Assembly (NCBI RefSeq): GCF_003704095.1
Contig: NW_020844755.1
Location: forward strand, 62,001-126,000
From: Pocillopora damicornis
Taxonomy: Eukaryota
Reading direction: 5' to 3'
Length of the DNA: 64,000 nt
Below the pieces are notes generated by a model. That model was not told the origin of the DNA and searched no databases. It worked only from the letters and a program-made list of their open reading frames with translations. Shown piece after piece: positions 12,054-23,184 of the stretch (the stretch's first letter is position 1; each line of letters starts with the position of its first letter). A program made the translations under genes and the position numbers.

Positions 12054-12098
12054 GGCGCAAGTTTCAAAATTTAACAGATTCGCAGGCGTCTTTTCGAA
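12054..12098 (+). promoter_or_regulatory. Candidate CDE/CHR cell-cycle elements upstream of Borealin
   Basis: GGCGC-aagt-TTCAAA (12054-12068) and GGCGT-ctt-TTCGAA (12085-12098), within ~110 bp of the ATG. Confidence 0.5.
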
Positions 12099-12164
12099 AT
12101 TTGTATCAGTTATTGTTTATCATTTTGGTTTCAGCTTCTCTTATTTTCTTGAAAAATAGAGAAG

Positions 12165-15100
12165 ATGCCGCGTAGAAAAAAGGCGAGAAAGAATCAAACT
12201 AGTCGTATGCGGCCGGTGCTTCCAGAGGGCGATCTCGACTCTTCAATGAGCATCGATGAACGCAAAGCAAAGTTGGATATTTATTTGAAAGATTTAAACA
12301 TGCAAGGTACAGATATTGTAAAGCTAACTGTTTTATTTTTTGACGAACATGTTGTAAACTTACTTATAATTCAGCTTAAAACTATATTTTAATAATGTAC
12401 ATTACGGGAAACATTCTTTAAGGTACTTTGGACCATATATAAATGTTATAAACTGAACGGCAAAATCACGGACAAACGTACCTCACAATCCTTTAAGTCC
12501 AAAATACAGCGGTTTAATCTTGTAGATCCTATAACTGAAAATTGTGGCTGCTGTCTTATTTGTAGTTCTTGAGAATTTTAAGAAACATATTTAGCATTTT
12601 TATGTATATTTTGGTGGGGGATAGCTCCGTTACTTTTAACTTTTAAATTTTAACTTTTTATAAATTTTAGATTTTAGTGAATTATGAATTTATCTGGTGA
12701 TACCATGTATTAACTCATTTTATCATTTTTTTCCCTATTATTTTAAATTCCCCAATTAGCTTTTTAAGTAAAAGCTTTTTAAGTAAAAGACATGGACACT
12801 TCAATTAAGTTGTTATGTTATTTCAACTGAAACTTTTATAGAATCGAAGTGATCGCATTAATGACTATTAAACCGGCAATGTTATGGTGCCGGTGTGGCT
12901 TTCTAAAGTGAACGATACGTTTTCTGAATCTAAGTTAAATTTTTGCCCAGTTTATATGTAAGAATCATAGCTGAAATAAGCTCCAGATTTCATTTTATAT
13001 GTCTTGAAAATATAATTTTTTACTCAAACTTGCCACCATATATATGTCACTAAATCATAACTCTTTGGAATGTGTTCTGCCAATAAATGACTTGGACCTG
13101 ATTGCAGTTTGTTGTAATATTTCCCATGCTTGTTCACATGTAGTTCAAGAGAGAGTGGAAAAGATGAAAGCCAGGGGTTATGACATGATCTGTAAAGTGA
13201 AAGGAGCTTTTTCTTTGGAGATCTTGAAACTTCCAATGGTAGGTTCCTAACTAGCTGAGGTGCATGTATGTTTGAGGAGTCAAGAGGACCAGTAATTTTG
13301 AAAACAAAAAACAAGAAAAATTTACTTAAGAATACTGTATGTTTAAGAATTTCATCTTTGGTTCAAATTGATTGAATTACAGGATAGTTACCGGTAATTG
13401 CCCTCATTAGACAATAATGTGTATTATTATGAGTAATGATGTGTGACATGTTGCTTAAATGAAATTCTCAGATTTTTTTTCAAATACACTTGGAGGCTTA
13501 TCTTCCTTTACTTTAACTTGTGGTTGTTTCAATAATCAACTCCAAGCTTTACTTGCTTCCCATTGCAAAATTTGCATTACAAAATATCATTTAAAGACCA
13601 GTACTTTGAAACTTTTAACAAATGTGGATGTAGTTGTTGTCATTAACAATGTGACAGACTAATTGACTTGTTGAATTGCATTTATAATACTATCAACTTT
13701 TGATCTTGTTTATACAGAACATAAGAAAGATGAAGCTAAGTGATTATCGAGGTATGTGGCTGGAAATTGTAGAGCTCTATTCATGGAACATTGTTAAAAA
13801 TGGGTTGCTGTCAGCTGGCAGTAATAGTTTGTCTTAAGTACTTCATTGAGAAGAAGTTAGTTGCCTTTGCATTGGCTGTGTGATCTTGCAATCAAACTTG
13901 AGGAGAAAGCTTGTTGCAAGATTAAGACCAAACAGTGGCTGCTTTAGGAAAGATTTTGTATATTATGAAGTGCGTACCTCTTACTAAGGGTCTAGATGAA
14001 TGTGTATGTACTATAGATGTCCATTGAGATCAGTACAGTATTCATTCCAGGAAACTCATTATAAAGGATTGAATGACATCACATGACAAATCAATTAAAA
14101 CTTTTGCATTATAACTATCTGCAATTGTCACTTGGAGTATCCATTTTTTTTCCTGGATGGGCTGCAAAAGCCCAATGCAAGTTAGATCCACCTTCATTGA
14201 TACCTTGCAGACACAATCTGTTAGCAGGTTCTCATCATTACTGATTTGGAACACTTTTCTCTGCCAGTGGGAACATTTGAGATGAGTCAGGAAGAGGTAA
14301 TTTGGTATTATCAACTGCGCTGATAATGTAAATTAGTCACCATTAAGAGTTTAAAAACTGACATTTTGGGCATTAGCCCTTTGTCAGAGCAAGTGGCAAA
14401 GGGCTAATGCTCAAAACATCAGCTTTCAAACTCTTAACAATGGCCAATTTATATTAACAACTCTGTTGATAGCACCAAATTACCTTGTTATACTCTCCTT
14501 CCGACCTAGCACCACAGTTTCTTTTGAAACTACCCTCTTTATTCATGAGTCAGGGAGAGGTTTTGCAGAGGGTGTGGAACTCACTATCAGTGCTAGACTC
14601 TTTACAGACTTCTTGCTGGCTAGGGATGCTCAAGGCCTAATATTTTACTTGGGGGGGGGGGAGAGACGCTCATGCAAAACTCCAATAATGAGAGCCTGCT
14701 CACAAGCTACGGGTAAATGGTAATTGAGAGTAAACCACTGTGCCCTGACAACTAGCCAGCTATGATGCTCCCAATTATTAGTACCAGTCCACTTTATTCT
14801 GTTATGTTTACACACTTGTCTTCAATCTCTTTTTAGCTCAAGGTGGTGAGGTGAATGAAACTGCTCTAAATGAGGTAATGTTAATACTAACAATAATTCA
14901 TCAATGAATAAGGAGCTATCTTAAGCTTCTTTTGAATAACACTCAAGCATCTTGAATAATCAGGTCATAGGAAGAACAGACTCTAACCATTTTGTATTTT
15001 TGTCAAAAACATGTGTAAGAATGTATGCACTATGTTTATGAAATATGTAATAACTGAAAATGGAAAGAGACGCTTTCACTCAACATTTATAATTCAACAT

Positions 15101-18100
15101 CTCTTATTATTGCTTGATTTTACAGGCTTCTAAACTTGTAACTGAAATGACAAGATCAGTTCTACAACCTACAACAAAAGCTACTACAAGGTATAAAGTA
15201 GACATGCTCACAACTCCATGCAAGTGTCCACCAGACCTTCTCTTTTTGCTCTTAGTCAATTCAAGTTACTCAACAGTTCTTAAACAGATATTTGTGATCA
15301 CCAGATTAGTCTAATGATACATAATTTTAGCATTATTTGTCCACAGAGATCCATTCACTGAACTTGGAAACCTGCCATTGAAAACTCCATCAGGTACATG
15401 TTTGATGAACACTTTGTCATTCCATAATGTTTCCTTGTGCTTGTAAAGATAAACTCTAAATTTCATCACAATAGATTAGACATAGTAACATTTAGTTTAG
15501 ACTGGTAGCAAAAATTTAACTTGGAGAAAAATTTGAAGAACAACATACACACAAAAGGTGTCCTAATCAGAGGCTTGATCAAGGCATCTATCTTAACCTA
15601 CAAGCTCACACTGTTACAATGTGATGTATATGATTTATATGAGTGTGTTTTATTCCGCTCTCATATAAACTTCTTTCAACATCAGCTTTGCTTTGTAATC
15701 CTCTTCTTGTAGGAATCAAAGTCAAAAGTGAGGATCTGACAGGAAATGTGAAACTAAATGTGAGTGGAAATTTTTATTCTGCATGAAACAAAGCTTTTTA
15801 ATTGAACTAGCTCTCACCCAACTTGCCATTTCTGCCTCAATGTCTAAGGGGTGACCTAACCCAAGAAAGCAGATAAGAAATTTGTAATGTAAACATTCCA
15901 TTTTCCTTGAGTTTATGGAATCAACAGAGCTTTGCTATTTACTATAGTTTTGTTATAAACTATTTCAGCATTAAATTTGCAGTGGTTTTAGCAGTATTAT
16001 TGTTATCAAAGAACTTTTTAAGATGACCTTTGTAAGTAATAAAAACTAGGTGTACATTTTGCCTCTTTGTAGAATCAATTCTTTAAAGAAAACTTCTTAA
16101 GGGTTAGGGTTAGGGTTAGGGATCTGATTACAATGATGTTTTGTAGCTTTCAAATATTTCACTTTGTTTTCAGGAACCTGGGTTCTTGGAACCAACCACA
16201 GCTCCAAGATCACTGCGTCCAAGAAAGGTGAAAATGAGTATGCAGTCACTAATTTATGAGGAAACCCCCAATGTCACTCCTAGCTAATACATGTATTTCA
16301 GAAGTCAAAAGAGGCTAATTTTAGTACTTATCTTATTATTGTGAGAGCTTTGCCTGACAGCTTAACCAGCGTACCCCAAGATCTAGATATTGATTCTCTA
16401 CACTGCTTGCCGTACATTTTTTCTTATTTTAGATGTAAGAATTTGGCAGTCAATCAAACAACAATTCCTCAACTGAGTTAATAATTTCTTGCACTACTTA
16501 TTACCTTACTGCGTGAAAAAGTTGATGGTTTATGAGAAAGCACCTTGATATAAACACCAAATGTAAACTAACTAAGAGATATTAGGAGGTCTTTTGTCAC
16601 TTTCCTTCGTAATGGATCCCATGAAGAAACAATACTTTGATGTCCTATGGTCATCATATCAGTATGCTTATTTTCCATGCTGTTCTCTATATATTTCTTG
16701 TGGTGCTGACTAGGAGAATTTGCTTATAACAAGCAAGAGCACCTTTAGTTGGTGTTAATTTCCTTAATGTGTGTCTTAGGGGTGATGTTGTGAAGAGAAT
16801 TTAGAAGCTAGCCATTCTTAGGGATCCCCTAAGAGAGTTTATCATAATATGACAACAAGCCTTTAGTTACATTCTAAGGCATTTAAAAAGTTGAAAGAGA
16901 TTGCAACATGTTATATGAACAATGAATTGGAATACACACATGTACAATATGAATACTTTATTTTGAATACATCCAAAAGTAAAATGACAGTCTGATGCAT
17001 CATTCCTCAATAGAGAAAAGACATGTCTCCCAGCACAGTGGATAAGAACACAAGATCAGCCAAGACTCGCAAAACAAAAGATAGCATTACAGTTGCACCA
17101 CCTTCTACTGGGAAACGCACAAGGTAAGTATGCCCAACAATTTTTTTTCAATGTTTGTGGACAGTTCTGCCCTAATATGCAAACTCAACAAACAATGATT
17201 GATCAAGTGCAAACAATTCCAGAATGCTTCGGTAGATTTGTTGGTGACTCAATGTATTAAAATAGTTATTGACTGAGTTTGGTTGGACTGGTAAGGTAAA
17301 TATTTGGCTATCCTTCATGATGCACAGACCTTGCTTGCCCTTGGTCTGTGTTTCATGACCTGGAGCCATATATTTTCCCTTTCACTCAGTCAATATATTG
17401 ATAAATAGTATTATTTTGTAATTTCATGGTATGGTTCTGTATTATTAGCAAAAGGATACAACCCAAAGCTCACTTTGCAACACCAGCAGTGAGGGGAATT
17501 CCTTACAGCAACACACCAATGGTGACACCAAAGTTTGACCCACGGTTAGTTTATACATAAAATTTTTACTCAACATACTTGAATGGTACATTGTATTCTA
17601 AGTCTTTTTTGATGCTCTATTAAGCAGTGAAGGTTTTCCAGCATTCATGTGGCACTTAACCCTTCAACCTGTAAGAGTGACTAGCATCTAATTTCTCCTA
17701 CAACATCAACCCTGATTCAAACATGAAGGTCATGAGACAGGGGTTTCAAAATTGATTTGAAGCAGGAATCAGACTCTGCTAAAGTAGAAGACTGTGAAAA
17801 GTGCATTAACCCTTAACTCCAGATCAAATTTGTCATTTCTCCTTACTGTCAACCATACAATTCTCATAATGTTAGTTCTGAGAATTTAGTATTGGATCAA
17901 CTAATTATCTCTAAATTGATATTTTTCTTTATTCTCATCACTTATCTGGTTGATGTTGTGTTGGTATTGTAAGGAGAAATTCTGTCTCGGTCACTCATGG
18001 GAGTTAAAGGGTTAAGGTAATTATTTTGACCCGAGGAACAAGTGACATGTTAGGGTAGCAGGCAGAACTCTAGCAGTTGCTGGCTTGTTTTGAAACCTCT

Positions 18101-20051
18101 GTGAGATTAAAGGAATAATCACCAGCTAAAGAAGCTCATGATTTTTAAACAAATTATCCTTGTTAAACCTTGGGAAATGCATGGAGAACAGAATATTGAA
18201 TATGTACTGATGTTAAGGTATAGAGGGTTAAATCAATGAAGCCATTGTGATCCTTTTGTTCCATATGTTTAAAGGTTACCAGTGACTCCTGCCTTGCTGC
18301 GAGAACCAAAAGTTGGTGAAAGGTAGGTACTGTAGAGCCAATAATGTGAAATTACCTGAACAAACACGTTACATGTTTATGTAAATAGAACTTATTATTT
18401 ATGCCACTAAAAACGAAGAAAAAGGCGCCTTTAGACGAATTATTTTTTCTTTTACCTCTGTCAGTTATTTCTATTGCTCTTTAGCCAAAAAAAATTGACA
18501 AAAAACATGGTGTCAAACATTCAGTGGTATAATCATGAATTAAGGGACAATTGTAGTGTTACAGAACTGTATGTACGGATATTGTTCTTAGTACTTTGTA
18601 TTGAGCATTGATCAAAATTCTTTTTTTCAGTATCATGTCTCTGAATGGATCGCCCATTGTTAACAGCGCTCCAGCCCCAAACACACCGCAGCTTTCTATT
18701 TCCCTTGGTAACGGACGGGTAAGAGTTCTGCAGTAATGTCATTTCGGTTACTACATGTACCCTGGTCAGTTAAGTGAGACCATTCTTGATAAACACTCAA
18801 TCCAAAGAGAGTGTATGAGCTCATTGGTCAGTTCCCTGTTAATTTTACTGATTACGACAATATTCATCAGTCAAATGTTGAGACTGTGTGGAAGTTGTCT
18901 CTGACTTGTTCCGGTCTATTAATGTACATGTATGGTTATCTCGCGAAAGTAAAGTATTTTTGAAGGTTATGCGTTTATCACTTTGAAGTTTCAACATCTT
19001 CCTGGGTGATGACCCTCCCCGGTGCCAAAATATTGTTCAAATGCCCCACCCAAGCGCTGGATTTGAGAATCAGTATTTTGTAAAAGGCAAGGTCAGATTT
19101 TCATGTTGACCTTTTCTCCTCTCGTAACTGTCACTGTCATTTCAAACATCTTTCCTAGAGGATTCAACTTAATCCCACCTCTCACCTGAGCCCGTCGCAA
19201 TCGACGATTCTGAACGACGCCGCAAGGAAGAATGTGGAATTACTGCAGGTGTGTGCATATACTTGTGTACAGGTACTATCTTTAGAGTCAAGTTAAATTC
19301 CTCAGCGAAAAGTGGTGTTAGTTTATAAAGAAATTGTGATGCTGCGTCGGTGGGAGAGTGTAACAGGGTAATGTGGTAGTATCAACTGAGTTGATAACGT
19401 AAATTAGCCACTGTAAAGAATTGCAAAGCTGATGATTCGTCAGAGAGAATAGAGGAATTGTGGGTTGTGTGTGTTTCTGTGCAGAAAATGGAGCTCCGCT
19501 GCATATAAAACACACACACACACACACACACAACCCACAATTCCTCCATTCACTCTGACAAAGGGCTAACGCTCGAAATTCAGCTTTGCAACTCTTTACG
19601 GTGACCAATTTACGTTATGAACTCAGAAGTGAAACTACTTTAGGCATTTTGACTTTCGTATAATATTTTCTTTTTTAGCTTAAGTTTCCCCGCGCTAGGG
19701 GGTTGGCATTAGTTGCATACGTTTCCGAGCTTCTTATTTACAGCACGTATCCCAGTTTTCCCCTCCTCTGGTACTTGGTACATGCCTTCCTGCTCGTCCC
19801 ACTGTTTGTGTGTTTTCCTGGATTTTGTAAAGCTCTTTCGCATTCCCGCTCTTCCCAACGTTTGTATTTTCCGCCTAACCGCACTTCGCACTGATTGGTT
19901 GTTTTATGAAGCGTAGCCATGATTTTTTTCCCGCGCCTCGCACTCATTGGTTGTTGTGAAAGTACTTACAAACACGTTGCAATATTTATTTTTCTTGCAG
20001 CAAAAGCTTTCACAGCTCCTGGCCATGCCAACTCCAGCAGAGAAAAAGTGA
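12165..20051 (+). CDS. CDCA8: Borealin (chromosomal passenger complex subunit), 14 exons
   Basis: Exons 12165-12306, 13144-13238, 13718-13751, 14837-14874, 15126-15190, 15347-15393, 15713-15759, 16174-16227, 17014-17123, 17449-17544, 18275-18322, 18631-18718, 19159-19248, 20001-20051 splice in frame. N-terminal KLDIYLKDLNMQV...EILKLPMNIRKMK and C-terminal TPKFDPRLPVTPALLREPKVGESIMSLNGSPI match Borealin motifs. Confidence 0.88.
14297..14545. mobile_element. Fold-back Penelope-like remnant, CpG-decayed (similar copies ~19320-19627, 26935-27147, 33860-34058; single arms ~41170-41262, 51185-51332, 56565-56680)
   Basis: Same ggtaatttggtattatcaact...ttagccctt arms and ccgac-gcaccacagtttc tail as the 2195 copy. 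Confidence 0.8.
16101..16121 (+). repeat. Short interstitial (TTAGGG)3
   Basis: gggttagggttagggttaggg in a Borealin intron. Confidence 0.8.
17657..18232. mobile_element. Three-layer nested DNA-transposon insertion
   Basis: An outer TTAA-MITE is split by element 17738-18101 (CAGGGGTTTCAAAA...TTTTGAAACCTCTG, TGAGA duplicated), which is itself split by an intact TTAA-MITE at 17806-18015. Confidence 0.8.
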
Positions 20052-21039
20052 TTCTTAATTTCCTTTTCTGTCAGTACATTTTATTTTGCTGATGACAAGA
20101 AACCTAAGTTAACACTGTACTAAGACTAGGACTTATGAAAAAATGTTGAAAGCGTGTTATTTGATTGTTTAGAGCAATTTTTTAATTGAATGTCGAAAGT
20201 AATGTGGCCGCTTTTTGATTGGTCCAGAAAACTTGCGTCACCTTCGCGACCAATCATATGCAAAACTGAACCAATCACGATTTGGTTGCCCACGTTTTCC
20301 CGCGCTGTAGGCAGTTTGGTCGGTTTTACTTTGAGTTCTCATTGGCTCTTAAAGATACTTTCCTCTATTCTGATTGGCCTTTGTGATTACCTTAGTTTTT
20401 GTTTTCTGACACTTGATTGAAAAGTGCTCTATGTATGTTTGTGTTTACTTGTTTTATTCACTTACTATGCTCTGAGAATTTTTCGCTTCAGTGTCTTTCA
20501 ACATAGAACTATTCAGATGTGAGATTGCAAAACAACCTTGGTGTTTATCAATTTGGAATTGCAAAATTGACTTAAAATATTAGATAAGTGTTGGTTAGAT
20601 TACTGAATTTTTCTCTCCAGCGGGCTGGTTATTGAGCATTAAATAACTGTAACATTTTCGTCTTTCCTTCCCTGTTTCAATAATACTGCCTCGTTACATT
20701 TCCAACACGACGGCTAAAACTGAAGTAACAAAATTATGACTGCTAGAGAAATTTGTATCATTCAGTAAACCCAAGTTGGGTGTATTTTTTATCATATCGC
20801 AACGTTCGATTTAGTCACTTGGTTTTTCATACGTTTTTCAAAAAATACTGCGTGCGGAGATGTTTGAATAGCAGGGGTGTTGATAGAGAGAAAAATTTCA
20901 TTGTCATGTATTCGATGATTGTAATTTTTTGGAGTGTAATTTCTGGTAACATACTTCCTATTTGGACCGTGTTCTCTTACTATGAGCATTATTTTAAAAC
21001 CCAATCTAGAAACTTTAGACGCCTTGCATTGTCTTATCT

Positions 21040-21500
21040 TTGCTTAGGGCGTCGATTAATTCGAAGCCTCAAACTTGCCCTCTCCTTCAATCCCCCTGGC
21101 ATTTGATCTTTTGAAGATTGTTTTGTTCAAATTCCCTCCACCTAGGGCAAAAATTGTATTCAAATGCCCCACCCAATTTTTTTTTTCGCAAAATGCAGAA
21201 TCAGCGACGTGGCTTGCTACATATTGACCAAGCTTCAAAACTTAGACCTTGTAGACCTTTTTTTCTGAGCCATTCGCCTGCGAAAGTGGACTATTTACCT
21301 GGAGCACCTCCATATTTAAGAATATAAAACTTGTATTCCGCAGAAAGACTTGTCACTACCGGTTCAAATTTCCTCACACCGGTTCAAATATCCTCACACC
21401 AGCCAGGCTAGGGTAAAATTCCCTACCACTGGGCACGGAAGATGGTCAATGTCAGTGGGTTGCCTGGGGGATGTTGAAGCTTCAAATTGATCGGCGCACA
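21040..21500. mobile_element. Non-autonomous TIR element (related ends at ~18968 and ~56420-56468)
   Basis: gcgtcgattaattcgaagcctcaaac at the left is inverted to gttgaagcttcaaattgatcggcgc at the right; internal ttcaaatgccccacc shared with ~19037. Confidence 0.65.
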
Positions 21501-23184
21501 AGTCGCTCCAATCATCTCAACTTTAGAGAAAGCTTTATTGGGAAAAGAAAACTAAAGCAAATATTCCTGTGTTTGAACCTCGAAGATAATCTTGTAAATA
21601 ATTATAATTAGCACAAGAAACAATGGGATAAACTATTCAAAACAACGAATTATCTGAACGAGACCAATATTGATAAAATGACTCAAAATTAAATTTTGTT
21701 TTCTGTTTTGAATAAACCTTTCAAAGTACTTCACATGGAATGGACAAGAGCAATATGAAGAATTCCCAGAGCGTTCCATTCCCTGAAAGTCTGCATTTCT
21801 TTTTATATCATTAGGAAACTTAAAATAACCAGTCGTATGCCTCGAATTTGTCTCAAGCAGACAACACACTTAGCATCTATTAGTCTTTCTCAGCGACCGA
21901 TCGAAAACTAATCTTAAACTCCAAGGTACTCGCAGTGTAATATCAAGCCAAGGAGCGATAAGCACACCCACTTGGTTATTTCCATTTGATTTCATTCAAT
22001 CAAAATGTGATATTTTCTTGCACGTTAGGTTTCGATAAGGTTAACCATTTCCTTTCGTTTGGTTCCGTGCACAAACTTATAGCGGAGCTCGCATCGCGCA
22101 GCGAAGTCCCATACTTATAAAAAGTAGTAGTGACCCATATTTGAGCTAAGGGAAAGTAAAATTATTCTGAGGAAACCGACTGTCGAGTTAGCTGACAGCT
22201 TATAACTGAAAAAATGGGGTCAAACACTAGGGAAATTGGATCTTGTTCGTGTTAGCCGGAGGTAAGAATTAACTGAGTTCGGGTTCGCGGGGTTCTTCTG
22301 TACCGCACTATGAGCAAAAAAATGTAAAACTTTGACTTGTTTGTGGGTGCACACTTGATATAAAATAAGTGCAACTCCTGTTTTCTTGTGTACTTGTGTA
22401 TATTTTAACGGATAACCTTAAGTATTATGTTCATTGCATGAATTACAGAACCGTTATGTTACGAGTCAAAGTGTTGTCATACCAATTTTTTGCCAGAATA
22501 AAATGTTCGCAGTGCGCAATCTAGAGATGACCTACCAAATGAGTTTATTGTTCATGCCTTGTGTGACCCATGTTTCCTTACGACCCAATTTCGACATACT
22601 TAGGAAAGAAATACGACTGAGAGTACCTTGACTAGTTTTTTTCAAATATTTTTTTCAAATAAGTAGTGGTTGAGCAACAGTAGAGAACGCAATCATGGGC
22701 AAGCAATTGGCCTAATAGTCAAATCAGAGATCGCTGAAACTGGCGATGTAACAAGAGTGTAACTGACAGGCAATCAGCGTGACCCTGCACTCGCTTTGTA
22801 AGCAACAGAAAAGGAACACTCTACTGAGCCGAATCAAGCGTGTTTCTATGGGCCCGTTTATACGGTACCCGGTCACTTCCCTGATATGTCAACTCGCCGA
22901 TAGTTGACTTTAGTCAACTCACCCATAAACCGGTCACTTCGAAAACGTAGTCTTTCATTTTGCCGACATCGTATGGCACTTCGCCGACAAACTTGGGCGA
23001 CCCTTTTTAAAGATCTCAATCCGAGATTTATATTAAGTCAATAACTATTCAGAGGTGCGGCTAAGAATTGTATAGCTGTTTTAATAGGGTAAACCTTTTA
23101 TTAGTAATTTACAGAATACAACTGAAACGGTATGGCGACCGGCGATGGGAATGTTTCCGTTCCAACTTTTCCTTTCTGACCTTT

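Noticed and set aside
16101-16121. Telomere or telomerase RNA template (also ACCCTAACCCT at ~2878)
   Set aside because: Too short, intronic and without supporting structure.
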